DNA of 64,000 bases from Oligoflexia bacterium (GTDB lineage Bacteria > Bdellovibrionota > UBA1018): positions 928,001 through 992,000 of the forward strand of contig CAVWVI010000004.1 in NCBI GenBank assembly GCA_963758495.1. The letters are read 5' to 3'. Under the pieces are notes generated by a model. It saw only the letters and a list, made by a program, of their open reading frames with translations, searched no databases and was not told where the DNA came from. Positions 17,593 to 28,465 of the stretch are shown here, piece after piece; the stretch's first letter is position 1; each line of letters starts with the position of its first letter. The position numbers and the translations under genes are program-made.

Positions 17593-17762
17593 CGTACATC
17601 ATCAAAATTAATATCCGAATGAATGTGACTTCTTGCAGTCTGAATTTTTTGCTTAACTGTAGTCCCCAACGTTTTGGCAGCTCCTACAGCCACAAGTGAA
17701 ACTAAAACTAAGAGTGTAATATACTCCGTTAGACCTTGTCCTTTATCATTAAGAATATTCAT
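17589..17762 (-). CDS. Flp-family type IVb pilin (57 aa; absent from ORF track)
   Basis: MNILNDKG|QGLTEYITLLVLVSLVAVGAAKTLG...; strong RBS AAGGAGG; stop overlaps the next ATG. Confidence 0.9.
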   Translation of the reverse strand: MNILNDKGQGLTEYITLLVLVSLVAVGAAKTLGTTVKQKIQTARSHIHSDINFDDVR

Positions 17763-17980
17763 TTAACCGACCTCCTTTTGGGACAAGAGATATGAAAAAC
17801 TTGAGCCATCAGAGGTGCAGAAAATGAGCTGGGATCGTTCGAAATCAATACATAAGCGCCAAACTTAGGACTTATTTGAAGTTTTGATGTCTCGAAACCT
17901 AGATGCATTGCGCCAAGGAAGTGCCGCTTGATACATTCCAAATAGATAAGGTATACTGACTTGATGAGACTGGACGGAAA

Positions 17981-18658
17981 ATGGATGCTTCCGTAAAAAC
18001 TAAGCAGCGCCTTTTTATCTATGATCGCAAGGAAATCATTGTCCTTATTCTTTTGGGTAGCATGGTGGCTTTATTTACTTTTACCTTAGGAGTTCACCTA
18101 GGAAAGCGAGTGGGAAAGAGAGCAATCAAAAGTACATCCGAAGATACTCCCATGATCCATCCTTTAGCAGATCAAACTCCAAACCGGCAAGAGTTCACAG
18201 AACGCGCTAAAGAACCCCAACGAGATTTTGAAAAAGAAATAAGCCAAGAACTTCACAACGAAGTCATTCGAACCGGCTTGAAAATAGATATACCGCGTCA
18301 AGTTGATTTGCCTGAAAAGCCAAAAAGTCTCAATGGGGGCGCAACTTCTCTTGAATCCACACATTCAGAACGATATCCACAGTCCGTCTCAAAACCAAGA
18401 CCTCAACGTCAAGACAACTACACTTTACAAATTGGCTCTCATGCTTCTTTAGAAGAGGCAAAAAATCAGGTAACTTCCATCTCATCCCAAACGGAATTAA
18501 AACCCTTCTTGCACGAAGTTGAGTTAAAAGGTAAAGGCAAGTGGTATCGAGTTTATGTGGGACAATTTCCCTCTCGGACACTTGCTGAAAAAGCAGGAGA
18601 GAAATTTCGTTCGCAACACCAAATTGCTTCTTTCGTTGTCGCGAAGGTATTAGATTAA
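17981..18658 (+). CDS. SPOR-domain membrane protein
   Basis: N-terminal TM; C-terminal YTLQIGS...WYRVYVG. Confidence 0.9.
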   Translation: MDASVKTKQRLFIYDRKEIIVLILLGSMVALFTFTLGVHLGKRVGKRAIKSTSEDTPMIHPLADQTPNRQEFTERAKEPQRDFEKEISQELHNEVIRTGLKIDIPRQVDLPEKPKSLNGGATSLESTHSERYPQSVSKPRPQRQDNYTLQIGSHASLEEAKNQVTSISSQTELKPFLHEVELKGKGKWYRVYVGQFPSRTLAEKAGEKFRSQHQIASFVVAKVLD

Positions 18659-18672
18659 AAAGGTGAGATTTT

Positions 18673-19032
18673 ATGTCAAAAAAGTCTATCCAAAAGGTTG
18701 AAAAACCCTGGGGTCATGAGTTGATATGGGCAAAGACCCAGCAATACGTGGGTAAAATTCTGCATATTAACAAAGGGCATAAACTCTCACTCCAATATCA
18801 TCGGATCAAGGAAGAAACCATTCTCCTCTATTCTGGAAAAATGAGCTTCATTTTTGAAAATGAACAAGGAGTGCTTGAGGAAATTATTTTAGAAGCCGGG
18901 CAAGCCCACCATATTCCTACGGGACGAAAACATAGAATGATAGCCCTGGAGGATTGCGAAGTTTTCGAAGTTTCAACCCCCCAACTCGATGATGTAGTCC
19001 GCCTCGAAGACGGTTATGGCAGGACAACGTAA
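18673..19032 (+). CDS. Cupin (mannose-6-phosphate isomerase-like)
   Basis: KPWG, LSLQYH..KEE, EVSTP..DDVVRLED. Confidence 0.9.
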   Translation: MSKKSIQKVEKPWGHELIWAKTQQYVGKILHINKGHKLSLQYHRIKEETILLYSGKMSFIFENEQGVLEEIILEAGQAHHIPTGRKHRMIALEDCEVFEVSTPQLDDVVRLEDGYGRTT

Positions 19033-19053
19033 GTACTAAAGGTATCAATCCTC

Positions 19054-21084
19054 TCAAGCAGCACCACTCGTGCCTTCTGATGCGCCCCCTAGTGGAAGCT
19101 TTTTCAGTTGTTTGATCTCAGTTTTCAAACGATCTACTTCTAATTTCATTTGAATTTCATTTTTCTTAAGGGCTAAAACTCGCTCTCTCATCACGTCTAC
19201 TTCTTTTCTATTTTTCACTGAACTTTTCAGTGCCTCGTCCAACTGAAACTTAAGCTGATCATTCGTTTTACTATCATCCATTTTATTTCTTCGAGAACTA
19301 TTCTGCTCCTGCCTCAATAATTGCTGATTGGTCCTTTTTACATCCTCAAATTGAGCACAAATTCGGTCATATTTTGTCTGAAGGTGGGTGAGCTCGTGTA
19401 GTGAAGAACTTTGCATCGATTCTGATTTTGCTAGATTTAACTGAGTTTTTAGGTCATTGACTTGACTTTTCAAATCATTCACTCGCCGAGACAACAGAAT
19501 ACCTTCTTCTTTAGAAGTCACTAACATTTTGTGAACTTGGTTGTATTTTTCTTGATAAATAATATCAGAAGAAAACTTAGCCAATTGATCCTTGACTTGA
19601 ATCAGTGCAATATTTGTCTCCGAAATCTTCGCCTTTTTAAATTCAATATCTCTCTCAAGTGCAGTTATTTTATTTTTTAACTCCTTTTCATTTGCTCTAA
19701 CTGACATCACTACTTTCTTAGCAGCTTCAGTGATTCGAAATCTTTCTGAAATAAATTCTTCCATTAATGTTTTTACATGCAATACGCTAGGATTATCTCT
19801 CACAGACTCGTGAGCTGTCATCAATTCCTGTCTAACTTGCATCACCCTTTGTCCGAGAGCGCCTTCACTCATTTCTTTTATAAGGTTTTTTGATTCTGTT
19901 TCTGGATCAGAGAGTTCGGCTCCAGTAATCGACACATCCACATCTAATTCGCCATCTGTCTTATCTGAGTTACTCGCACCAGAGACAATAATTGTTGAAC
20001 TACCTACTTGAGGCTGTTTCTCACCTGCTATTCTAATGAATTCATCATTAAACTGTTCGGTAACACCTTTAATGGTTACTTTTGATTCATCGTCTTGATC
20101 TTGGATCTTTTGACCGTGAATAATTATACTTTCTGGACTAGAATCCTTCGTCCCCTTTACGATGATCTCTCCGAGAGTCGCGTCTGCTGTACCCTTCACT
20201 ACGATCGACTCTAGATTCATGTGATCAGTGGTTCCTTTTACAATGATCTCTTCTTGAATCGCGTCTGACTTACCCTTGACCACGATTGATTCTAGAGTTG
20301 AATCCTCCATCTCCTGACTCACTCCAATCGCTTCTTCGGGCACTTCTTCTGGCTTTTCTGGTTGCCCTGGCGCTAAGAGTTCACCCGTCGGAAACACAGG
20401 AATTTTAGATAAATGCTTTTTAGTTACCCCATCTTGTAAAAGCTTGGGATAATCCAAGTCTCCTAGTTGAATATAAGCCTTGGGTCTTGGCGTATTCTGT
20501 AAGTTTGGCCTATCTAGAATCACTAATTCTAAAGGCGGCTTAATTTTAAGTACCTCTGAATCTATTTTACCTAAAATACCAAGGAACAAATCAATTTCAA
20601 CCTTCCTCATTCCTGGTTCATATTTTACAATCAATCGATCTGCATATTTTTGAAATGCTATGAGCATTTCTTCGAAGGTATCATTGGACTCTTCTTTAAA
20701 AATTCGTTCGGAAAGACCCTTTGAATTTAAATTTACTTTGGAACTCAAATTAAAGGAAATCCCTACCACCACCTTCTCTTGATCAATTCCACATTCCAAT
20801 AGGAGAGGTTCCTCTAAAAGATCATCATCTTTTGGAAAAAATCGAAAACTTTTCTCTTTATATTGGCTCCGATATCCCTGAAAAACTCCAAATATGAGAA
20901 AAACTCTCAATCTAAATTCGTCAACCCCTACCTTTTTTAGTTTAGCAACAATCAAATCAGAAACTCGGCCCAGGCTTCGCGTACTGAATAAAGCACTATA
21001 AAAAATCTCAGCCTCTTCTCTCAATAATCCGGCAACACCAAAGGATTCCAATAGTCGTGGCTTATTTTTTCCAAATTTATCCAC
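19054..21084 (-). CDS. Hypothetical protein with short IxVKG repeats and long C-terminal coiled coil
   Basis: 676-aa ORF with repeats ESIVVKG/EEIIVKG. Confidence 0.8.
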   Translation of the reverse strand: MDKFGKNKPRLLESFGVAGLLREEAEIFYSALFSTRSLGRVSDLIVAKLKKVGVDEFRLRVFLIFGVFQGYRSQYKEKSFRFFPKDDDLLEEPLLLECGIDQEKVVVGISFNLSSKVNLNSKGLSERIFKEESNDTFEEMLIAFQKYADRLIVKYEPGMRKVEIDLFLGILGKIDSEVLKIKPPLELVILDRPNLQNTPRPKAYIQLGDLDYPKLLQDGVTKKHLSKIPVFPTGELLAPGQPEKPEEVPEEAIGVSQEMEDSTLESIVVKGKSDAIQEEIIVKGTTDHMNLESIVVKGTADATLGEIIVKGTKDSSPESIIIHGQKIQDQDDESKVTIKGVTEQFNDEFIRIAGEKQPQVGSSTIIVSGASNSDKTDGELDVDVSITGAELSDPETESKNLIKEMSEGALGQRVMQVRQELMTAHESVRDNPSVLHVKTLMEEFISERFRITEAAKKVVMSVRANEKELKNKITALERDIEFKKAKISETNIALIQVKDQLAKFSSDIIYQEKYNQVHKMLVTSKEEGILLSRRVNDLKSQVNDLKTQLNLAKSESMQSSSLHELTHLQTKYDRICAQFEDVKRTNQQLLRQEQNSSRRNKMDDSKTNDQLKFQLDEALKSSVKNRKEVDVMRERVLALKKNEIQMKLEVDRLKTEIKQLKKLPLGGASEGTSGAA

Positions 21085-21910
21085 CTAAAAAACCTCGATT
21101 CTTTGGTAATAATTCCAATCGAATTCTATCGAGGCGATCTTCTAATTTTTGAGAAAGTCTCCCTAATCTTTTTTTAAAAAAATCAATATTAACTTTTTTG
21201 TTATAATTACCCTTAAGGGTGGAATGAGCAACGAAAACAAGCTCATCCACTTCATTTCGAACCTCATGCTCTGACTCTCCGGCAATGCATGCATCGAATA
21301 TTCGATTTCTTAATCTATTTAAAAACTCAATGTTGCAATAACCCAAATGCAATGCCAAAAATATGGCCCAACTGGATCGAAATAAAGCGTAATCAAAATT
21401 AATAACTCCTCTTTCCCGAGCATCAATCAGCTTATCTTTAGAAAAAAGATCACAAAGCTCATTTACAAAGACGATCACGAAATAGGGGTCAATCCCTTGA
21501 CCATTTTTAGAATCCTGAGACCAAAGAGGGCCAATAGTTTTCAATATATGATCCGAGATTTCAAATTCCGCGAGAGGTAAGAGATCTTCGGAAGAAGAAG
21601 GTTCCTCCGCAGAATCCGGTATTTCAACCCTCGTAGTTAAAATGAGTCGCGCTTGCCTACCTGCTTCTCGAAAAGGAAGTAAAGATGACGCAAACTCAGG
21701 GTAATAAAAGTATTTATAAAATTTAAGACGACTCAACTCCTCAGGAGTAAAAAAATCTAATGGAGCTTTAACAGTAATAAATTTTTGATTTGCCTTTAAA
21801 TAAAGATAAACGGGTGCCATCATCAGTGCAAAGGGCCTTATTGTATTAATTTGCACACGATACAACTTGTCAATCATGTCACTTGATGGTTTTTCTTTAT
21901 TTAAATCCAT
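21077..21910 (-). CDS. Hypothetical protein
   Basis: 277-aa ORF overlapping the next start codon. Confidence 0.75.
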   Translation of the reverse strand: MDLNKEKPSSDMIDKLYRVQINTIRPFALMMAPVYLYLKANQKFITVKAPLDFFTPEELSRLKFYKYFYYPEFASSLLPFREAGRQARLILTTRVEIPDSAEEPSSSEDLLPLAEFEISDHILKTIGPLWSQDSKNGQGIDPYFVIVFVNELCDLFSKDKLIDARERGVINFDYALFRSSWAIFLALHLGYCNIEFLNRLRNRIFDACIAGESEHEVRNEVDELVFVAHSTLKGNYNKKVNIDFFKKRLGRLSQKLEDRLDRIRLELLPKNRGFLGG

Positions 21911-21971
21911 ACACCCCTTCAGTCTCTTTTCGGTAGAAGGGAGTAAATGATTAACTCACTGAGCCTTTTTC

Positions 21972-22985
21972 TTATTGAGCATAATGACACGATACATCAT
22001 GTGGAGCGCAAACTGGCTTTCGCATATCTCTCAAATGAGGCACATCCACCTTACAATTAGCTTGCATCACTGGACACCTGGGATGGAATTGACATCCTGC
22101 AGGAGGATGAATGGGAGAAGGCACGTCCCCTGGTAAAATGATTCGCTCTTTCTGATAATTCGGATCAGGAATGGGAATCGCAGATAAAAGCGCTTGAGTA
22201 TAAGGGTGCTTCGGCTCTCCATAGAGTTCATCGGCTGTTGCCATTTCTACTATTTTTCCTAAATACATAACGGCTACACGAGTTGAGATATGTTCAACGA
22301 CTTTTAAATCATGTGCAATAAAGAGATAAGTAAGGCCCAATTCCTTTTGTAAATCCTGCATCAAATTTACGATTTGTGCTTGGATGGAAACATCCAAAGC
22401 AGATACTGGCTCATCGCAAACAATAAACTCCGGCTCCACGGCCAATGCACGGGCAATACAAATTCTCTGCCTTTGTCCTCCCGAAAACTCATGAGGATAA
22501 CGAGCGATAGATTCTCTCCTCAACCCACAGAGATCTAATAACTTCATAATTCTCTGAGTTCGCTCTATCCTCGACTTTCCTATTTTGTGAATTTCTAAAG
22601 GCTCACTTAAGATACTTTCCACAGTCATACGAGGATTCAGTGACGCATATGGGTCCTGAAAAATGATCTGCATATTTCGACGAAGTCGACGTAATTCTTT
22701 AGCAGGAGTATGAGTGATGTCTTGTCCTTTAAAAAAAATCTGACCTTCGGTGGGTTCAATGAGACGCAATACACATCGACCGAGAGTCGACTTCCCACAG
22801 CCTGATTCGCCTACGAGTCCTAGAGTCTCGCCTTTTCGAATATCAAAGGACACGCTGGAGACAGCCTTTACACTTGCGACTTCTCGAGATAAGAGTCCTC
22901 CTTTAATCGGAAATCTTTTCACCAGATTTCGAACTGACACTAAGACATCTGAAGCAGCATTAGATGGGTCATTTTTTATAGTCAC
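21972..22985 (-). CDS. oppF: Oligopeptide/dipeptide ABC transporter ATPase (OppF/DppF)
   Basis: [24 protein letters not shown] and C-terminal Cys motif. Confidence 0.93.
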   Translation of the reverse strand: MTIKNDPSNAASDVLVSVRNLVKRFPIKGGLLSREVASVKAVSSVSFDIRKGETLGLVGESGCGKSTLGRCVLRLIEPTEGQIFFKGQDITHTPAKELRRLRRNMQIIFQDPYASLNPRMTVESILSEPLEIHKIGKSRIERTQRIMKLLDLCGLRRESIARYPHEFSGGQRQRICIARALAVEPEFIVCDEPVSALDVSIQAQIVNLMQDLQKELGLTYLFIAHDLKVVEHISTRVAVMYLGKIVEMATADELYGEPKHPYTQALLSAIPIPDPNYQKERIILPGDVPSPIHPPAGCQFHPRCPVMQANCKVDVPHLRDMRKPVCAPHDVSCHYAQ

Positions 22986-23993
22986 TTAAAGGTCCCTCAC
23001 ACATCGAATTGCATGCGGCATTTCTGGATCAGGTGCGACGATTCGAAGATCAGGTTCTTTTTCACGACAAGTATTTATGACATAAGAACAACGCTCTTGA
23101 AATCGACAGCCATTGGGTAAATGAAGTAAATTCGGTACAATTCCTGGAATAGTTTCCAAACGTTTCTTTTTTATTTTACCTGTTGGATCTTTACTCAAAG
23201 TAGGAATACTATTCAGTAAACCTCGTGTATATGGCATTTTTGGATGAGCAAAGATTTCTTTTACTGCACCTTGCTCCACCACTCGCCCCGCATACATCAC
23301 TAAAACTTCATCAGCGACTTCAGCGACTACTCCTAAATCGTGAGTAATCAAAATTAACGCCATCCCGACTTTCTGCTGAAGATCTTTCAATAAGTCTAAA
23401 ATTTGAGCTTGAATAGTGACATCTAGAGCCGTAGTAGGTTCATCCGCAATCAGAATTTGAGGATTACAAGATAAAGCCATTGCAATCATGACTCTCTGTC
23501 TCATCCCTCCAGAAAGATGATGAGGGTAATCATTTACTCTTTTTTCGGGTGAAGAAATTCCAACCAGCTTTAACATCTCGACAGCTTTATTCTTCACTTC
23601 ACTTCTAGATAATTTTTGATGTAACGATATTGCTTCACAGATTTGATTTCCAATTGTAAAAACTGGATTCAAAGAAGTCATAGGCTCCTGAAAGATCATG
23701 GAAATCTCATTTCCACGAATGGATCGCATTTCTTTTAGATCAAGCTTAAGAAGATCTCTACCTTTATAGAGAATCTCTCCACCCATGGTTTTTCCTGGGG
23801 GGTTCGGAATTAAGCGCATAATAGAAAGACTCGTTACACTTTTCCCGCAACCCGACTCCCCGACAATCCCCAGAGTTTTGCCTTTATAAACATTAAAACT
23901 CAGATCATCGACTGCTTTCGCCTCACCCTCATCACTAAAGAAAGAAGTTCGAAGGTTCTTTACCTCCAAAATTTTTTCAAATGGTGTTGCCAT
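22986..23993 (-). CDS. oppD: Oligopeptide/dipeptide ABC transporter ATPase (OppD/DppD)
   Basis: [24 protein letters not shown]; probable start MATPFEK. Confidence 0.93.
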   Translation of the reverse strand: MATPFEKILEVKNLRTSFFSDEGEAKAVDDLSFNVYKGKTLGIVGESGCGKSVTSLSIMRLIPNPPGKTMGGEILYKGRDLLKLDLKEMRSIRGNEISMIFQEPMTSLNPVFTIGNQICEAISLHQKLSRSEVKNKAVEMLKLVGISSPEKRVNDYPHHLSGGMRQRVMIAMALSCNPQILIADEPTTALDVTIQAQILDLLKDLQQKVGMALILITHDLGVVAEVADEVLVMYAGRVVEQGAVKEIFAHPKMPYTRGLLNSIPTLSKDPTGKIKKKRLETIPGIVPNLLHLPNGCRFQERCSYVINTCREKEPDLRIVAPDPEMPHAIRCVRDL

Positions 23994-24006
23994 AATTACT
24001 TCCTTT

Positions 24007-24918
24007 TTACTTGGTTTTTGGATCAAGGGCATCTCGAAGAGCATCACCAAGAATATTAAAAGCCAAAACAATAAAAAACATAGCGAGTGTCGCACCCGCT
24101 AATTGCCACCAAACGCCCCGTGATAGCTCCAGTCGAGCATCATCAATCATTACCCCCCAACTGGGCTGGCCTTGAACACCTAGTCCCAAAAAGGAAAGTA
24201 TCACTTCTGATTTGATGGCGGACATGAATTGAATCGAAACATTGATAATGATGAAGTGGGAAACATTAGGTAATATATGCTTAAAAATTCTTGATACGTG
24301 ACTTGCTCCTAAACTTTCAGCAGCCACTACATAATCACGCATCTTATGCTTAATAAACTCCCCTCGTATCACTCTCGCCAGACTTACCCATGCCGTAATT
24401 CCCAAAGCTACATAGATTGCTATAAGCCCTTTTCCCATTACATAAGTAATTGCAATTAAGAGCATGATATTTGGAATAGATGAAAGAGTAGTATAAAACC
24501 AAACGATGAGATCATCCACCCATCCACCAAAGTATCCAGCAAGTGCCCCTAGAGAAACGCCAATGGGGATACTAATGAGTGAAGAGATGAGCCCAACACT
24601 CATAGCAATCTGAGTACCTTGAATTACTTTATAAAAAACGCTTCTTCCAAAAATATCCGTCCCTAAAAGTAACTCTAATGAACCAAAAGCAGGCTCCTGA
24701 TATGCGCCACCTACCACTCGGTCCCAGGGTGAAGCAATGAGTCCGACCTTGGCTAGAATTGCAATAACTGCATAAAAACCTACAATCATGAGACTCAATA
24801 TTGCAATTCGATCTCTTTTTAGTCTTTGAAATGCATCTTTCCAAAGACTTCTCCCTTTCGGTATATTTTTAGTTTCTGCTGTATGAATTGGATCTACAAT
24901 AACTGCTTCTGTAGTCAT
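24007..24918 (-). CDS. oppC: Peptide ABC permease (OppC)
   Basis: [11 protein letters not shown]-like loop, [10 protein letters not shown]. Confidence 0.92.
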   Translation of the reverse strand: MTTEAVIVDPIHTAETKNIPKGRSLWKDAFQRLKRDRIAILSLMIVGFYAVIAILAKVGLIASPWDRVVGGAYQEPAFGSLELLLGTDIFGRSVFYKVIQGTQIAMSVGLISSLISIPIGVSLGALAGYFGGWVDDLIVWFYTTLSSIPNIMLLIAITYVMGKGLIAIYVALGITAWVSLARVIRGEFIKHKMRDYVVAAESLGASHVSRIFKHILPNVSHFIIINVSIQFMSAIKSEVILSFLGLGVQGQPSWGVMIDDARLELSRGVWWQLAGATLAMFFIVLAFNILGDALRDALDPKTK

Positions 24919-25850
24919 GTTAAACTCACCCTTGGATCCACTAGTGTATACATAATATCCGTCGCTAGATTCCCTAAGATAAATAGCATCGCATCTAAGG
25001 TAGTCATCGCTTTAATTACCGGAAAGTCACTATTGTGGACTGCATCTATCGTAATACTACCTAAACCTGGAATACCAAAAAAACTCTCTAATAGAAATGC
25101 GCCTAGAATTAATAAGGGAATTTCGATCACTACGTTCGTCAAGATTGGAATCATGCTATTTTTTAAAACATGCTTAAAGAAAATGTGTGGCTCAGATAAC
25201 CCTTTTGCACGAGCTGTACGTACATAATCCTGACTTGTTTCCTCTAGGATCGCCGTCCGGTAGAACCGGACATCATACCCTAAGCTGACAACTACAAAAA
25301 TAATCATAGGCATCAGTATGTACTGAAATCGCTCAGGCCATGTGGTTTCGAACCCCGATATGGGAAACCACCCCATTTTGTAAGCTAAAAAATATTGTCC
25401 GAATAGAATGTAGGCGAGCATAGAAACACTCATTCCAAACACGCAAAAAATAACTACAACTTTGTCAATCCATTTACCTCGAAAATAAGCAACCAACAAA
25501 CCCAAACTCACAGCCAAGATCGTAGTCAAAAAGAAAGCTGGAATCATAAGCGAAAGAGAGGGCCCTATACCATCCGCGATCATTTCTTTAATGGGTTGCT
25601 TGGTAGCATAACTACGTCCGTAATCAAAGGTCACTATCTGCTTTAGATACTGAGCAAATTGAATATATTTAGGCTGATCAAATCCATACTCATGTCTTAA
25701 CTCCGCAATTTGATGAGCACTCGCATGACGACCGAGCATTTGATAGGTAGGGTCACCACCGACCATATTAAACAACACAAAAACAATGAGTGCCACTCCA
25801 AAGAGTGTGGGAATTGTACTGATTAGCTTACGAATAATATATAAAATCAT
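24915..25850 (-). CDS. oppB: Peptide ABC permease (OppB)
   Basis: DYVRTARAKGL, ESFFGIPGLG, DPRV. Confidence 0.92.
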   Translation of the reverse strand: MILYIIRKLISTIPTLFGVALIVFVLFNMVGGDPTYQMLGRHASAHQIAELRHEYGFDQPKYIQFAQYLKQIVTFDYGRSYATKQPIKEMIADGIGPSLSLMIPAFFLTTILAVSLGLLVAYFRGKWIDKVVVIFCVFGMSVSMLAYILFGQYFLAYKMGWFPISGFETTWPERFQYILMPMIIFVVVSLGYDVRFYRTAILEETSQDYVRTARAKGLSEPHIFFKHVLKNSMIPILTNVVIEIPLLILGAFLLESFFGIPGLGSITIDAVHNSDFPVIKAMTTLDAMLFILGNLATDIMYTLVDPRVSLT

Positions 25851-25861
25851 AACTCATAGCC

Positions 25862-27617
25862 CTACTTCTTTAAGAGAGTATCCACCTGAAAATATTTAAA
25901 TCGACCGAGATCAAAGTCATTCGGCTTATAATTTTTCAACCACGGCTGAACCAAACCATAACCCACAAGATGAGCACCAAAAATCCAAGGACAATCCTCT
26001 ACTAAAATATTTACCATTTTCTTGTAAATTTCAGCGCGACCTGGGCCATCTGGCGTAACTAAAATTTTCTCATAAAGGTGATCAAATTCCGGATTAGAAT
26101 AATTGGAATCATTGGGACCCGGTGATGCATTTTTGCTATAAAAAAGCTGAAAAAAGTTTTCAGGATCGGGGTAATCAGCGCTCCATGCTTGTTCCCATAT
26201 TTGTACTTTTTTATTCTTGACTGCTTCTTCAAACTGCGGCCATGAATAACTATTAATTTTTAATTTTACCCCAATTGCTGACATCATTCTTTGAAAATAT
26301 TCAGATACCTGACGACCCGTACTATCTGCTAATGAAGCATACTCAAGGGGCGGCAAGCCTTTACCACCTGGAAAGCCAGCCTTCACTAAAAGCTCCTTCG
26401 CTTTCATGACATTGAATTGTCGATAAGGGTTTTTAAACTCAGGATCATAACCATTGATACCAGGAGGAAGAGGACCCTGAGCAGGAATGGCTCGTCCATT
26501 ATAAAAAAGCTCGATAAAAGTCATTTCATCGTAAGCTAGACTGAGAGCTTGACGTAAGTATTTATTTTTTCCAAGTAAAGGATCTGCCATGTTGAAAGTG
26601 ACATGTGTAACATCTAAACTCGGGCTTTTTATTAACTGGATTCCTTTTGAACTGAGTTCAGGCTTTAAGTCTTTACTGGGTGTAATAGCAGTTGAAAAAT
26701 TATCTTTAGGAATAGAACATAAATCTAGTTTTCCTGATAAAAAAGTAAGCCACATGGGCTGACGTTCTACAAAGACTTGAAAAACAATTTGATCGGCGAG
26801 TGGAAGGGTTTTACCTGCATCCCGCAAAAGTCCCGCCTCCTGATCTCCAACAGCCCCTTCATTCGGATAGAATTCTGTATGATAAGTTGGATTTCGTACC
26901 CAGATGATCTTTGAATTAGGATTATATTCGGCTAAACGGAATGGACCTGTGCCTACAGCATGATTTATAAATTCAACTCCATAGAACTCAACTGCCTCAT
27001 GAGGAACAATTCCTGTAAATGGCATCGCTAATAAATATAAAAGCTGATTAGATTTTTGGATTAATTTCAACTGTACCGTATAACGATCCAGGGCCTTTAA
27101 GCCTTCCACTGGAAGATTAATAATTTGTGGCTGCCCCAGCCGCTACATGTTCACGCCAATCGTTGAGACCCATTATTTTACCATCAAAAATCCACCAGCC
27201 CGTTGAAACAAGACGGGGATCAGCCAACCGTTTGAATGAGTAAACAACGTCGTCTGCAATCATTTCACGGCCTTTTCCGTGGGTTGCCTTAAAGGATTGA
27301 TCGTCTTGAAACAGCACCCCTTTTTTTAAATGAAAGGTATAAGTGAGCCCATCCCGACTCACTTCGGGCAAAGATTCAGCTAATCCAGGCATTAGTACAT
27401 AGGGACGTTTTAAATAATGATATTGAATCAAAGTCTCATATGCCTGACTGATTTGCATATCAGAGTATCGATCCCCACCATAAATTGGATCTAAGCTTTT
27501 AATTTTTTCGTCTACAGCTAAATGTAAAGTACGAGCAGGTTCAATTTTAGACTTAAAAGTACAGCTCGTAAATACAATACTGATACCCGCAATAGCATAG
27601 AATACACTGAATCTCAT
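25862..27617 (-). CDS. oppA: Peptide ABC substrate-binding lipoprotein (OppA), split by one extra base near 27120
   Basis: ORFs 27117..27629 and 25862..27109 join as ...ATNYNLPVEGLKALD if one base is removed; lipobox FTSC; GTGPF; WSADYPDP. Confidence 0.88.
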
Positions 27618-27659
27618 GCACTCCCCCAATGATGTAGGTAACTGATGCGAACGCCAGTG

Positions 27660-28385
27660 TCAATGTGCACGTTGCAGTGACACATTTCGATCACGCCAAC
27701 GGACTTTTACAGCGCCCTGAGAGGAATGAGCTTCCCATTTTTTTGGACTCCACGTCGTGTCCTCCGGGTCATCAAATTTAAAATCGACTGAAACTAGAGG
27801 CGCCCGCTGCCTCTCCCAATGCAACGATTCTGGCCAGCGCTTTCCAGATCGATTTCCAAAACTATAAATAAACTGTTGAGGATCTACCCCGGTTGCTCCT
27901 GGAACTTGAACTACTAATTTACCCTGTTTGTCTAAATTAAATTTGAGTTCATGACTGAAAGAAGGACAGGGAATCTTCCCTAAAAATAAATCAGTAGCCC
28001 ATTGCAAAGGAATTCCCCCCCAAGAGCCATATCCCTCATCTTTTTTTTCCTGAGATTTTCCGCGAATTCCCTGGATCTCATAATGTTGGTCTTTTACCGT
28101 AATAAGGGCCTCTGTGCCTCCAAGAAAATTTGTCACTTCTAACTTCAATTGACTGGGCGCCAAAACGTCTACGTTCGCCGAAAACTGCCCAGAAGCTTCG
28201 GAAGACTTCACCTTCATGCCAACAGTTCCATTCACCGACGAGATACTTTTACCTGCATCACAAGCGACCATAAATAATTCGGAAGGGGAGAGAATAAGTG
28301 ACGACGAGTTGTCAACTGGCCTAGGCGCAGTGGCACAACTCGTTACAAATAAGAAAACTGGCAAAGTTTTATATAAAATTTTCAT
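27660..28385 (-). CDS. Lipoprotein, possibly LolB/DUF4292-like fold
   Basis: Lipobox VTSC; follows the TPR gene. Confidence 0.6.
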   Translation of the reverse strand: MKILYKTLPVFLFVTSCATAPRPVDNSSSLILSPSELFMVACDAGKSISSVNGTVGMKVKSSEASGQFSANVDVLAPSQLKLEVTNFLGGTEALITVKDQHYEIQGIRGKSQEKKDEGYGSWGGIPLQWATDLFLGKIPCPSFSHELKFNLDKQGKLVVQVPGATGVDPQQFIYSFGNRSGKRWPESLHWERQRAPLVSVDFKFDDPEDTTWSPKKWEAHSSQGAVKVRWRDRNVSLQRAH

Positions 28386-28465
28386 CGATCATGCATCTCA
28401 CAATACCAGGAGACGCTGCAATGTGGGTTATCTAAAAAATTTGCTGGCTGCTCATCCTTTAGGGC

